Shown here piece after piece: positions 1 to 10,700 of a stretch of DNA of 46,161 nt. The notes under the pieces are model-generated. The model searched no databases. It saw nothing but the letters and a program-made list of their open reading frames with translations, and was not told the origin of the DNA. The stretch spans positions 1 to 46,161 of the forward strand of contig JAYZCA010000101.1 of NCBI GenBank assembly GCA_036339235.1, given 5' to 3'. The position numbers and the translations under genes are program-made. Within the stretch, counting starts at the first letter, position 1, and every line of letters begins with the position of its first letter. This DNA comes from Candidatus Latescibacterota bacterium (GTDB lineage: Bacteria; Latescibacterota; UBA2968; UBA8231).

Positions 1-201
1 GTGGGGGTTAACAACCTGGCCGCCGTCATCGGCGAGGAGGAAGACACGATCACCGAGGTGTACGAGCCTTACCTGATTCAACAGGGCTTCCTCAAACGGA
101 CGCCGCGCGGGCGCCAGGTGATGCCCCGGGCGTACGAGCACCTGGGACGGCCACTGCCGCAGGACGGTGGGGATCAGGGAGACCAGTTGGGACTGCTGTA
201 G
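1..201 (+). CDS. ruvB: Holliday junction helicase RuvB, C-terminal fragment (5' truncated by window edge)
   Basis: The translation ...[33 protein letters not shown] matches the conserved RuvB C-terminal winged-helix region. TAG stop at 199-201. Confidence 0.85.
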   Translation: MGVNNLAAVIGEEEDTITEVYEPYLIQQGFLKRTPRGRQVMPRAYEHLGRPLPQDGGDQGDQLGLL

Positions 202-885
202 GTGATGTTGCTCGCTCTCGACACGGCGACCCCTGCCGGCAGCGTGGCTGTCGAGGAATCGGGACGGATCCTGTCGCTGCGAACCTTTGACGCGGCGCGC
301 GGGCACTCCCGCAGGCTCTTCGTCGAGATCGACGCGGCCCTGGCCGATGCCGGACGCGAGCGGTCACAGATCGATGGCGTGGCGGTTACCACCGGCCCCG
401 GTTCGTTTACCGGTCTGCGCATCGGACTGAGCGCTGCCAAAGGGTTGTGCATGGGCCTGGGAGTCCGCCTGATCCCGGTGTCGACCCTGGAGTCGCTGGC
501 GGCGCGCCTGCCGTTTTGCCGGATGCCTGTGTGCACCCTGCTCGACGCCCGGCGCGGCGAGGTCTATGGCGCCGCGTATGATACAACTGCTGGCGCACCC
601 CGCGAAGTGCATCCGCCCTGTGCGGACGAACTCGAGCGTCTGCTGGCGCGCTGGGGGTTCGAGGACGTACTGTTCACCGGTGATGGTGTGGACAGGTGGT
701 CCGACCTGCTGTCCACCGTGCCCGGTGCAAACCTGGCGCCGCCGTCCGTTCGGCGACCCTGTGCCGATGCCGTAGCCTGGCTGGCCAGCCGGCAGCCGGG
801 GTCGACCGGGCAAGATCCGAACCTGGTGCAGCCAGTTTACCTGCGCACGCCGACTTTCGTCCCCGCAGGGCAGAAGCCGTCGTGA
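202..885 (+). CDS. tsaB: tRNA t6A37 biosynthesis protein TsaB (YeaZ family)
   Basis: N-terminus LLALDTATPAGSVAV and the motif TGPGSFTGLRIGLS are typical of TsaB/YeaZ. Start is GTG 202 or ATG 205. A rimI partner follows, as in many bacteria. Confidence 0.85.
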   Translation: MMLLALDTATPAGSVAVEESGRILSLRTFDAARGHSRRLFVEIDAALADAGRERSQIDGVAVTTGPGSFTGLRIGLSAAKGLCMGLGVRLIPVSTLESLAARLPFCRMPVCTLLDARRGEVYGAAYDTTAGAPREVHPPCADELERLLARWGFEDVLFTGDGVDRWSDLLSTVPGANLAPPSVRRPCADAVAWLASRQPGSTGQDPNLVQPVYLRTPTFVPAGQKPS

Positions 886-1343
886 CCGCAGCGACCCTGT
901 GCCTCACGCCGGACGAGATCAGGCGCGTGCTGGAGATCGAGGAAAGCGCCTTCAGCCACCCGTGGACAGTGGCTGATTTCGAGTGGCTGTCGCAGGATGA
1001 GCGCAGCCTGAACCTGGGAGTGTGGAAGGGGGAGGCCCTCGTGGGCTACGCCATCGGCGCCGTCGAAGGCGCGGTGTTCCACCTTGCGAGCCTCGCTGTT
1101 GACTCGACCTGTCAGCGTCAGGGATGGGGCAGTAGATTATTGAGCGGTTCGCTGGAGCGAGCTGCACGTCGCGGTTGTCGATCGTGCCGACTCGAGGTGC
1201 GCCGCTCCAACGAGGTGGCACTTAATATGTACGGGAAATTCGGATTCGCCGTGGACGGGGTCCGGGGGCGGTTCTACAGCAAACCGGTGGAAGACGCCTG
1301 GCTCCTCAGCCGATCGCTTCCGGCGGCACCGGGGGCCCAGTGA
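882..1343 (+). CDS. rimI: ribosomal-protein-alanine N-acetyltransferase RimI (GNAT)
   Basis: GNAT motifs are present (IEESAFSHPW, LAVDSTCQRQGWGSRLL, RLEVRRSNEVALNMYGKFGF). GTG 882 overlaps the tsaB stop (GTGA). The longer tracked ORF from 696 would overlap tsaB heavily. Confidence 0.8.
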   Translation: MTAATLCLTPDEIRRVLEIEESAFSHPWTVADFEWLSQDERSLNLGVWKGEALVGYAIGAVEGAVFHLASLAVDSTCQRQGWGSRLLSGSLERAARRGCRSCRLEVRRSNEVALNMYGKFGFAVDGVRGRFYSKPVEDAWLLSRSLPAAPGAQ

Positions 1344-1369
1344 CCGACGGAATAATGTAACAGGAGAAG

Positions 1370-2485
1370 ATGATGGCCCAGGTTACTCTCAAAGACGTGA
1401 GAAAAGTTTTCGACAAGGACGTTGTCGCTGTCGATGACGCCAATATCGAGATCCATGATCGCGAGTTCGTCGTCCTCGTCGGACCGTCGGGCTGCGGCAA
1501 GTCGACGACTCTGCGCATGGTGGCCGGTCTCGAGGAGATGACGAGCGGCGAGATTTACATCGACGGCAAGCTGGTCAACGATATCCCGCCGAAGGACCGT
1601 GATATCGCCATGGTGTTCCAGAACTACGCGCTCTACCCACACATGACCGTCTACCAGAACATGGCCTTCGGACTGAAGTTGCGTAAGTACCCGAAGGAGG
1701 AGATCGAGACCCGGGTGCGGGACGCGGCGGAAATCCTCGGCATTCAGGATCTGCTCGAGCGCAAACCAAAGGCGCTGTCCGGAGGACAGCGGCAGCGTGT
1801 GGCTGTGGGGCGCGCCATCGTGCGCAAGCCGAAGGTCTTCCTCTTCGACGAGCCTCTTTCCAACCTCGATGCCAAACTGCGTGTGCAGATGCGTACCGAA
1901 ATCAGCAAGCTGCACACGAGCCTCGAGGCGACGATGATCTATGTCACCCACGACCAGGTCGAGGCGATGACCATGGGTGACCGCATCGTCGTGATGAAGG
2001 ATGGCCGCATTCAGCAAAACGACACGCCCCTGAACCTGTACAACAAGCCCGTCAACCAGTTCGTAGCCGGGTTCATCGGCAGTCCATCGATGAACTTCGT
2101 GCAGGGCACACTGGTCGCCGAGGGGGGTGGGCTGGTGTTCGACGAGGGGAATCTCAGACTGCCGCTGCCGAAGGAACACCACGACGCACTGAAGGATCAC
2201 GTCGGCAAGGAGGTCACTCTTGGCATCCGCCCCGAGGACATTCACGATCCCGACAGCATGGGGCGCAGTGTCGAGGCCGTCGAGATCGAAGCCCTCGTCG
2301 AGGTCGTCGAACCCATGGGCAACGAGGTCTTCCTCTACCTGACCACGGGGAAGTCCTCCTTCGTGGCCCGCGTCGATCCCGTCCACATCCCCACCGTCAA
2401 GCAGCGTGTCCGTCTGGCCGCCGAGATCGACAAGGCCCACTTTTTCGATCGCGAGACCGAGATCAGTCTCCTGGCTCGAAAGTAG
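1370..2485 (+). CDS. ABC transporter ATP-binding protein, carbohydrate-import type (MalK/UgpC/MsiK family)
   Basis: Walker [10 protein letters not shown], signature LSGGQRQR, Walker [12 protein letters not shown] and a TOBE/MalK-like C-terminal regulatory domain. An aggag RBS precedes the ATG. Confidence 0.9.
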   Translation: MMAQVTLKDVRKVFDKDVVAVDDANIEIHDREFVVLVGPSGCGKSTTLRMVAGLEEMTSGEIYIDGKLVNDIPPKDRDIAMVFQNYALYPHMTVYQNMAFGLKLRKYPKEEIETRVRDAAEILGIQDLLERKPKALSGGQRQRVAVGRAIVRKPKVFLFDEPLSNLDAKLRVQMRTEISKLHTSLEATMIYVTHDQVEAMTMGDRIVVMKDGRIQQNDTPLNLYNKPVNQFVAGFIGSPSMNFVQGTLVAEGGGLVFDEGNLRLPLPKEHHDALKDHVGKEVTLGIRPEDIHDPDSMGRSVEAVEIEALVEVVEPMGNEVFLYLTTGKSSFVARVDPVHIPTVKQRVRLAAEIDKAHFFDRETEISLLARK

Positions 2486-2497
2486 CTATCTGCTTCC

Positions 2498-3589
2498 TTG
2501 TCGCTAGATCGAATCACCGGCCAACAACGGGCAAAGGCGCAGATCAGCGCCTGGTTTGCCTCCGGGCGGCTGCCGCATGCGGTCCTGATAACAGGTCAGG
2601 AGGGTGTCGGTAAGCGCCGCTTGGCCCTGGAGCTGGCCAAGGCCATCAATTGTCGTCAAATGCCCGGAGTTGGCTGTGACAGCTGTTCTTCGTGCACCAA
2701 GGCGGAGAGTCTCTCGCACCCGAACGTCCACGTTCTGTTGCCCCTGCCGACGGGGGTTTCGCGCAGCGGCACCGATGCCGAGCAGTTCGCGACGATACGA
2801 GAGACTGCGCTGGAGTACCTCGCGGGCGGATCCATGTCGCGCAGCGGCAGCAACCTGCCCAAGGATCATATCCTGCTGCTGCAGCGCGAGATGTCCTTCG
2901 CACCTACGGAAGCCCCGAAGCGCGTGGCCATCATCTTCGAGGCCGACTGCATGCAGAAGGCCGGCGCCAACTCGCTGTTGAAGATCCTCGAGGAACCACC
3001 ACGCCACGCAGTCTTCCTACTGGTATCGGCTGCCCCCGACCGTCTGCTGCCGACGGTCGTGTCGCGCTGCCAGCGGTTGCCCCTACGCCCGTTGACTGCA
3101 GACGAAACACGCGATCAGCTCGTGAGCGTAGGGATGTCGCAGGAGCAGGCTGAGCTGGGTTCTCGCCTAGCTGAGGGCAACCGGTTCCTCCCGGCAAGCG
3201 TGGCAGGAGACGACTTCGACAGACTGCGCCAACTCGTGGAGCGTTTTATCGACTCGGCCTTGTCCGGCCGCGAAGACGAATACTGGTCCCTGCTTGAGGA
3301 TCTGGGTGGACGTCCCGACAAGCAGAAGATGGAAGGGTTTCTTGGATTGTGTTCGGCGTATCTGCGCGACCTCTTTCTGATCGACACGAGCCGCGAGTCG
3401 AAGGTGGCGAATGTGGACCGCACGCCTCAGCTTGCGGGATGGTCGGGCCGCGTCGATCGGCGCCGCCTGGCGGGAGTGGCAGAGAGTCTCGACGCGGCCT
3501 TCGACAGTCAGAGACACAACGTCAGCCCCCAGCTGCTGCTGGCCGACATCTGGCATCAGTTGCGCCGGTCCGGGATCGTGGGCGGTTGA
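2498..3589 (+). CDS. holB: DNA polymerase III subunit delta'
   Basis: ITGQ...L......GRLPHAVLITGQEGVGKRRLALELAKAINC plus a Cys cluster (CDSCSSC) and LLKILEEPP, the clamp-loader delta' pattern. Apparent TTG start. Confidence 0.8.
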   Translation: MSLDRITGQQRAKAQISAWFASGRLPHAVLITGQEGVGKRRLALELAKAINCRQMPGVGCDSCSSCTKAESLSHPNVHVLLPLPTGVSRSGTDAEQFATIRETALEYLAGGSMSRSGSNLPKDHILLLQREMSFAPTEAPKRVAIIFEADCMQKAGANSLLKILEEPPRHAVFLLVSAAPDRLLPTVVSRCQRLPLRPLTADETRDQLVSVGMSQEQAELGSRLAEGNRFLPASVAGDDFDRLRQLVERFIDSALSGREDEYWSLLEDLGGRPDKQKMEGFLGLCSAYLRDLFLIDTSRESKVANVDRTPQLAGWSGRVDRRRLAGVAESLDAAFDSQRHNVSPQLLLADIWHQLRRSGIVGG

Positions 3590-4440
3590 ACGAACGACGA
3601 CCGCCCGGCAACCTGTCACGACCGCGCCGGCGTTTCGGTCAGCACTTTCTCGTGGACGGCGGCGTACTGCAGGACATTGCGGCCCGCGTGCAGCCCACAC
3701 CCGAGGATCTGGTCCTCGAGATCGGCCCCGGTCGAGGCGCATTGACGGCGCCGCTGCGGGCGCGGGTCGAACGCCTGGTGGCCGTCGAGATCGACCGTGA
3801 CCTGTGCGCTCATCTCCGTGAGCGTTTCCTCGAGCCCGGTCTCCGAGTAATCGAGGGTGATTTTCTGCGACTGGACCTGCGACAGTTGCTCGAGGAGGAG
3901 GGACGATCGACGCTGTTCGTCGTCTCCAACCTGCCGTACAACATCACGGCTCCCGTGCTCTTCAGGCTGCGGGAGCACGCAGATCTCGTGCGCCGCGCCG
4001 TTTTGACCCTGCAGAAGGAGGTCGCGGAGCGGTTGGTGGCCCCGGCGGGAACCCGTACCTACAGTCAGCTCACCGTGTTTCTCGGGCAGTGCGCCCGCAT
4101 CAGCCTTGCCCGGCTGATCCCGAGCACGGCATTCCGACCGCGACCCAAGGTGGACTCCGCCGTCATCGATGTGGAATTCCAGCCTGGCCGCATTCCGGTC
4201 GATGACATGCGCGTCTTCGAACTCGTGGTCAAGGCGGCCTTCAGCCAGCGCCGAAAAATGCTGCGCAACGCGTGGAAGTCGCTTTCTGCCCCAGACGGGG
4301 GTGGGACCATCCCTGCGCCGGACCTGGAGAACATGGCGGCTGCAGCCGACGTCGACCTGACGCAACGCGCCGAGGTTCTGTCCATCGGTCAGTTCGCCCG
4401 CTTCGCGTCGGTCGTGGGGGCGTCGGGATCGTCGGGATGA
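3586..4440 (+). CDS. rsmA: 16S rRNA (adenine1518/1519-N6)-dimethyltransferase RsmA/KsgA
   Basis: RRRFGQHFLVD, LEIGPGRGALT, VVSNLPYNITAP and FSQRRKML motifs. An in-frame TTG at 3586 overlaps the holB stop (TTGA). The tracked ORF start at 3349 lies inside holB. Confidence 0.85.
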   Translation: MNERRPPGNLSRPRRRFGQHFLVDGGVLQDIAARVQPTPEDLVLEIGPGRGALTAPLRARVERLVAVEIDRDLCAHLRERFLEPGLRVIEGDFLRLDLRQLLEEEGRSTLFVVSNLPYNITAPVLFRLREHADLVRRAVLTLQKEVAERLVAPAGTRTYSQLTVFLGQCARISLARLIPSTAFRPRPKVDSAVIDVEFQPGRIPVDDMRVFELVVKAAFSQRRKMLRNAWKSLSAPDGGGTIPAPDLENMAAAADVDLTQRAEVLSIGQFARFASVVGASGSSG

Positions 4441-6341
4441 CCCTCAGGATCGCTATCCTTGTGCTGCTCGCTGCGGCGACGGCGTGGGGTCAGAGCTACT
4501 CTTTGAATTTCAGCAAGCGGTCCGACCGGCTCACCTGGCGACCGACCTTTCCCAGCTGGAATTACTCCACTCCCGTCACACTGTCGACAGCCGGGGACTC
4601 GACGTCCATGCTGCGCCTCAACGCATCGATGTCGCTGAGCGCGATCCTCGACGAGCGGGACGGACGCAACAACTGGACCGAGACGGCCAGTATCCGCACG
4701 TCCGTGCTGTACCCGATCCTGGGACCGCGCGCCTCGGTGGGCATCACTGCGAGCATGTCGAGCCGGAACGCCACCCTGCTGAACCAGAGGACGCGCAACC
4801 AGACAATCAATTTTCGCTTCCAGTATCAGCCGCTCAGCGGCACAGACGGCATTTTCGAGGACCTTCGCTTCGATGTCGTGCCCGGGGTGATCACGGCGCG
4901 ACGCGCCAGCCCCGTGAACCCCGACAGCGTTATCGAAGAGACAGGGCTGCAGTACACAGGGTCGATGAGAACGTCCCCAGATTTCGTTCTTTTCGGCGAG
5001 CGTCTGACGACGAGCCTGTCCCTCGGCAAGACGGACAATACCCTCGAAAACAACAAGAGCCGCAGTGAAAACCTCCGTGGCAGCTCGGCCTATACGCTGC
5101 CGGGGGATGTGCGCACGAATCTCTCGTTCTCCGAGTCGCGGTCGGAGACAGGGGTGACGCGCTCCGTCATCGACAGCGCCGACACGGCGGTAGTGGCAGA
5201 GCTGTCAAAGCGCCGCAACCGGACCGTCAGTGCCTCGCTGACGACCAAGATTCACGGCTTCAACGTACGGTCGTCACAGTCGTGGTCGGAGGGCCTCAAC
5301 ACGAACACGGCTAACGCCGCCGCCGATCCGCGCAATCGGTTCTATGCCCGTGACCGCGAGAGCGAGCGCTGGAACCTGTCCGGCAACGTCGACGGACGTA
5401 TCGCCGAGGAGCTGACAGGTTCGGTGCGACTATCGTGGGCGGCGACGGACGAGAGGCGTCTGCCGGTGCCGCTGCCGACGGGTGGTGTGTATCGCGATCC
5501 CACGGATGATCGCGAGGATCGTGACCTGCAGGTTGGAGGCAGCCTGAACTGGCAACCCGCAGAGGGACATCAAATGCAGGTTTCGGCGTCGGTGCGGATG
5601 AATCGGATCGAGAATCCGGGAGCTCCCGAGCAGGATCGCGACAGCCACAACCAGGTGGCGTCCCTCACCTACCGGGGCCGGCGTGACGGCGGCATGCGCT
5701 ACGATGTCTCCCTGTCCTCGACCCGGTCCCACCGCGTCAACCTGGATGCGGCGCGGTCTGCCGACAATCAGCGTTCCAGTGAGCTGCGGCTGTCGACCAA
5801 TACCAGCTACAGCCGCATGGCGGCGCAGTTCTCTCACAACTTTGAAATATCCGCACGCCGGAGTATCTTCGATTTTGACCGTCGGGTAAACACCAAGATC
5901 GTCAACCGGCGCAGCAATATTCGCCGCGGCTGGTCGATGCGTCACACCCTCCGCCACTCCCTCTTCGAGACGCTGCAGCTGAACACGACCTACTCCTACA
6001 GCGCCGACGATCTGGGCACTCTACTGGTGGGGAACGGGTCGCAGATCGTCGAGCAGGACAACAACGACCATCGCATCAGTGTGTCGATGAATTACCGTCC
6101 GAGCGTTGCCACGAATTTCGGTGTCAGCTACAGCTACCGGCTGGACCGGCAGTGGGCGTTTTTCTACGCACGTGACACGATCGACCGCGAGCTGTCGTTC
6201 CGCAACGCGCACCGAAACCTCGCTGTCAGTATGTCGTACAAGCCCACCGGGTACACCGGGCTGACAGCTCGCGCCAGCCGCTCGCACCAGCGCAGCGGAA
6301 CCTTCGACGACCTGTCCCTGACCATCAGCCGTACGTTCTGA
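4437..6341 (+). CDS. hypothetical outer-membrane beta-barrel protein (634 aa, signal peptide, C-terminal Phe)
   Basis: ATG 4437 overlaps the rsmA stop (ATGA). N-terminus MTLRIAILVLLAAATAWGQ looks like a signal peptide. The body is an S/T/R/N-rich alternating pattern and ends ...LSLTISRTF, an OMP-like terminus. I recognise no family. Confidence 0.6.
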   Translation: MTLRIAILVLLAAATAWGQSYSLNFSKRSDRLTWRPTFPSWNYSTPVTLSTAGDSTSMLRLNASMSLSAILDERDGRNNWTETASIRTSVLYPILGPRASVGITASMSSRNATLLNQRTRNQTINFRFQYQPLSGTDGIFEDLRFDVVPGVITARRASPVNPDSVIEETGLQYTGSMRTSPDFVLFGERLTTSLSLGKTDNTLENNKSRSENLRGSSAYTLPGDVRTNLSFSESRSETGVTRSVIDSADTAVVAELSKRRNRTVSASLTTKIHGFNVRSSQSWSEGLNTNTANAAADPRNRFYARDRESERWNLSGNVDGRIAEELTGSVRLSWAATDERRLPVPLPTGGVYRDPTDDREDRDLQVGGSLNWQPAEGHQMQVSASVRMNRIENPGAPEQDRDSHNQVASLTYRGRRDGGMRYDVSLSSTRSHRVNLDAARSADNQRSSELRLSTNTSYSRMAAQFSHNFEISARRSIFDFDRRVNTKIVNRRSNIRRGWSMRHTLRHSLFETLQLNTTYSYSADDLGTLLVGNGSQIVEQDNNDHRISVSMNYRPSVATNFGVSYSYRLDRQWAFFYARDTIDRELSFRNAHRNLAVSMSYKPTGYTGLTARASRSHQRSGTFDDLSLTISRTF

Positions 6342-6389
6342 CTCCCCATTCCAGCGCCCGCCTGCGGGCCGCCGCCCAGGAGCACGTCC

Positions 6390-7313
6390 ATGCCCCCGAT
6401 GCCCAAGTCCGACAAAATCTGGTTCAACGGCGAACTCGTTCCCTGGGACGAGGCCCGGATTCATGTCCTTGCCCACGTCGTGCACTACGGGTCGTCGGTA
6501 TTCGAGGGGATTCGCTGCTACCACACGCAGAAAGGGCCCGCGGTATTCCGCCTGGCGGAGCACATCGACCGTCTCTTCGATTCGGCCAAGATCTACCGCA
6601 TGGAGATTCCGTACAGCCGTGATCAGATCCGCGAGGCGGTGCTCGACACGATCAGGGTCAACAAGCTGGACGCCTGTTACGTCCGCCCCATCTGCTTTCG
6701 TGGCTACGATTCTCTGGGGGTCGACCCGACGACGTGTCCCGTAGACGCGGCGATCGCCGTGTGGCACTGGGGCGAGTACCTGGGCGACGACGCCCTGAAG
6801 AAGGGTGTGTCGGTGTGCACATCGTCGTGGAACCGTTCGGCGCCCAATACCTTGCCGAACCTGGCCAAGGCCGGTGGCAACTACCTCAACTCCCAGCTGG
6901 TGCGCATGGAGGCCAATCTCAACGGCTACGATGAAGGCGTCGTACTCAGTACCGATGGACTGGTCAGCGAGGGTAGTGGCGAGAACATCTTCGCCGTGAA
7001 GGCGGGCAGGATCATCACACCCATGTCGTACCAGTCGATCCTGCCCGGACTGACGCGAAACACGGCGATCATGCTTGCCGCTGACCTGGGTATCGAGGTC
7101 GTGGAGCAGCCCATGCCGCGCGAGTTTCTCTACATCGCGGACGAGGTGTTCTTCACAGGCACAGCGGCGGAGATATCACCGATCCGCGCCATCGACCAGA
7201 TTCAGATCGGCGACGGCGCGCGTGGCCCTGTCACCGAGAAGATCCAGACCCTGTTCTTCCAGACGATCAACGCCGAGGTCGAGGATCGACACGGCTGGCT
7301 CACATTCGTCTGA
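6390..7313 (+). CDS. ilvE: branched-chain amino acid aminotransferase
   Basis: [35 protein letters not shown] and the fold-type IV PLP motifs ([15 protein letters not shown]) are present. Length is 307 aa. Confidence 0.9.
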   Translation: MPPMPKSDKIWFNGELVPWDEARIHVLAHVVHYGSSVFEGIRCYHTQKGPAVFRLAEHIDRLFDSAKIYRMEIPYSRDQIREAVLDTIRVNKLDACYVRPICFRGYDSLGVDPTTCPVDAAIAVWHWGEYLGDDALKKGVSVCTSSWNRSAPNTLPNLAKAGGNYLNSQLVRMEANLNGYDEGVVLSTDGLVSEGSGENIFAVKAGRIITPMSYQSILPGLTRNTAIMLAADLGIEVVEQPMPREFLYIADEVFFTGTAAEISPIRAIDQIQIGDGARGPVTEKIQTLFFQTINAEVEDRHGWLTFV

Positions 7314-7668
7314 TCGGTTTCCACGCTTCGCATCAAGCAGCGTCGTCCGCCAACCCGTCGTATCCCAATTGCCCAAAAACGCCCGCACAGAGGCCTACCC
7401 CGCTGGCTGCCGGCTATGACGGCTCTTCGGTACCAACATTCCCAGCCTTCCGAAGAGCCCCTGCCAAGCTCTCCGCCGGTGATTGAAACCTCCCTGGCGA
7501 ACTCGTGCAATCACAACAAAACAGATAATTATACTGCAAACAGTGCCATGATCCACTTCTGACAGGTGGACTCTCCTGGGCAAACTGGAACGGTCACGCC
7601 TGCAGCACCTACAGTATTTGGTTGCTTTTTGCCGCAAAATTCCCGACTGTTTCGTGGATCCGGCATAT

Positions 7669-7684
7669 GTAAACGCATGTTTAC
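7669..7684. promoter_or_regulatory. perfect inverted repeat GTAAAC-GCAT-GTTTAC, candidate operator upstream of the receptor gene
   Basis: Read directly from the sequence. It sits about 100 nt upstream of ATG 7782, inside the lowest-GC stretch of the window. Confidence 0.25.
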
Positions 7685-7781
7685 CTGAGAGGATTGCAGT
7701 AGAGAATAAAGGAAGCAATAGCACACAACCCGTCTAGTTGATCTCACCGAGTTGATCGCTCTCTACAGGGAGGAGCTGTCG

Positions 7782-10700
7782 ATGGACCGGAAGACCCACT
7801 GGCGCGACGCCTTCGTTGCGACGTGCCTCCTCGCCCTGGCCAGCACGGCCGCCTGGGCAGGCAATGGCAAGATTACCGGCACAGTCACGGACAATGCGAG
7901 CGGCGCACCGCTCGCCAGTGCAAGCATCGCCCTCGACGGGACGAGGCTGGGCACGGTGACCGACGATGAAGGCCAATTTTTCATACTCAACGTGCCGCCC
8001 GGCACGTACACACTCCGCGCCACATACATCGGCTACGCCGCCTACGTCATCGAAGAGGTCCGGGTTTCAGCCGACCTGACGACCGATCTAAAGGTGCGTC
8101 CGTCGACGGAAGCGATCACGACGGAAGAGGTCGTGATTCGCGCCGAGCGCCCCATCATCGACCCGAACGCGACCAACGCGGTGCGGATCATCGGTGCCGA
8201 GGATCTGGAGATTCTGCCTTTCCGCGGCGTGCAGAACGTGCTCGCCCTGCAGGCGGGAGTGGTCGAGGACGAAGGGGCCCTCCACATCCGCGGTTCCCGC
8301 AGTGACGAGATCGCCTACTACGTCGAGGGCGCCAGCGTGCGCAACGTCGTCACCGGCAATACGGCGGTAAACTTGATCGACGAGGCGCTGGCCGAAATCC
8401 AGCTGCAGGCCGGCGGCTTCAGCGCGGAGTACGGCGGCGCCACCGCCGGAATCGTCCTGCAGGAGCTCAAGACCGGCTCTAACGACCTGCACATTAGCCT
8501 TCTGTCGGAGACGGACAACTTCGCCTCCGATGGTGAGAAGTTTCTCGACACGTACTCCTACGGTTACAGCAACCAGGTCCTCACCATTCAGGGCCCTGTG
8601 CTGGGTAACGACAAGATCCGCGCCTTCGTCGCCAGTCAGCGCCGGGTGTTCGATTCAAGACGTGTGGTCTGGGACGGTTTCAACTTCGAAAACGGCGTCG
8701 ACGGCATCGACCTGACCGACACAGGTGATCGCGGCGGTCGCGTCCACTGGAAAACGGATGAGGACGGAAACAAGATTCCGGACACCCGCGACAATTTGAC
8801 GCTGACGCCAGGCAACATCGCGCACTCGGGTCGTGATGCCTACGACTTCAACGGCACGCTGGTGTTCGATTATCAGCCGGTCAAGCTGCAGATCACGGGA
8901 CTGTGGTCGGACGAGTCGCGGGAATACAACGGCGCGCCGATCCGCAACATGCTGAACACGGCGCGGCTGCCCGAGGGAGAGCATGGAACCAGCCTGATCA
9001 ACCTCAAGGCGACGCACCTGCTCGATCCGAGCATGTTCTACGAGGTCAACATCAGCCGCTATACGCAGACCCGCGAGATTTTTGATCCGGTTTTCAAGGG
9101 CAACTGGTGGGTCTACAACGACAGCTTCTCCGTGGCCAACGCCAACGCTGAGTGGGTTCCCTATAGCAACACGGGGACGAACCAGGCGCCTCTCGATTTT
9201 TCCGGATTCCCCTTCAACCGGCCCGGTACGCCCACGTCCTTGGGCGGCTCCGATCGCGGCAGTGTATACGTGAACGAAAAGGATGTCTACTGGGGACTGG
9301 GCAGCAATCTGACCAAGCAGACCGCGAACCACGAGATCAAGCTCGGGTTCGATTACCAGAAGTGGACATCGCGCCGTTACCAGGCGGTGCTCAACTCTGT
9401 AAGATCCGCCATTTCCGGTACCTACCCGAGCCTCGACGCGGTGTACGACCGCTACTATGCCGGCGAGATCGCCCAGGGCGATATCCTCGACGAGATGATC
9501 CGGGTCTCGCAGGGAAATGCTGCAGGCCAGGGCAACGAGGCGGAGTTCCAGTCGCTGCTGCGCAACACCATGCGTCACGACCATTTCGGCTACGACGTCT
9601 ACGGCAACGAGTCGGATGCATCCGGTCTGGAGGCGCCGCGCGAGCCGGTTCTCGGTACCGCCTTTATCCAGGACAAGATCGAGTACAACGATCTGATCGT
9701 GAACATCGGCCTGCGGATCGATTACTACGACGTCGACAGCTGGCGTTTCAAGGACCCGTCCTCCCCGGTGCGTGATGCCACAGGCTACACGCTCGACCTC
9801 GACTCAATGGAGAAAACGGAGACCTTTACCGAGATCAGCCCGCGCCTGGGTTTCTCCTTCCCGGTGTCGGATCGTAGCGTGTTCCATGTTCAGTACGGCC
9901 GCTTCAACCAGATGCCGGCCATGCGCAACATGTTCACCGGCGGGGCGCAGTTGGCCCAGGAGTTGGGTGGACAGAATTACATCCGTTACCCGACGGCCTT
10001 CGACATCGAGCCCATGCGCACCACGCAGTACGAAATCGGGTTTGACCGCCAGTTCAACGACGTGGCTTCCTTCGACATCACGGGCTTCTACCGCGATGTG
10101 AAGGGTCAGATCCAGGTCGCCAGGCAGGACATCGCCTCCACGGCAGTCAACGCCGAGTCCTTCAACTACCTGCAGAACGGAGACTTCGCGACGACGAAGG
10201 GACTCGAGTTCGTCTTCAAGGTGCGCCGTACGAATCGTCTGCGGACAGAGTTGCACTACACACTGTCCGACGCGCGGGGCACCGGTTCGACGACGGGATC
10301 CGGGATTTCGGGCGTCGAAAACGACACGGACCTGCCGACGGTCATCTCGCCTCTGGATTTCAACGAGACGCATCGAGGGTCGATGTATTTCGACTACCGC
10401 TTTGGCAAGAATGACGGTGGCGCGATCCTGAGCCAACTGGGCATCAACACCCTGTTCACCTTCACCAGCGGTCATAACTTCACCTTCTCCACCGGTTCGC
10501 TCGGACAGGGCGGCGCTGAAGACGGCGGCATCCTGAACAGCGTCGACGCACGCAACCGCAAGCCTCTGGAGTCGATCAATCACTCGACGACGCCGTGGAC
10601 CTTCCAGGTCGACCTGAAGATCGACAAAGGCTTCGACTTGATGGGTATGGACGCCAAGGTCTACAGCTACGTGGAGAATCTCTTCAACCGCAGAAACGAA

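Noticed and set aside
1274-2440. 388-aa antisense ORF across the ABC ATPase gene. Similar long antisense ORFs occur at 8655-9584, 9804-10925, 10948-12447, 13198-14424, 35857-36993 and 42644-44191.
   Set aside because: These are typical high-GC shadow ORFs. Their translations are R/G/D/H/V-rich with no motifs, while the opposite strand carries clear family motifs, RBSs and signal peptides.
7586-7604. Sigma-54-like element TGGAACGGTCACGCCTGCA upstream of the receptor gene.
   Set aside because: The GG-to-GC spacing is off by one nucleotide from the TGGCACG-N4-TTGCW consensus, and the -12 element is poor.
7395-7724. 109-aa minus-strand ORF inside the long intergenic region.
   Set aside because: It is a Cys/Arg-rich low-complexity translation with no RBS or motif. 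It lies in the AT-richer promoter region, where stop codons are depleted on that frame by chance.
7314-7781. Possible cobalamin or other riboswitch in front of the TonB-dependent receptor.
   Set aside because: I could not find a B12-box-like core or any other riboswitch consensus that I can recognise by eye. This needs an Infernal scan before any claim.
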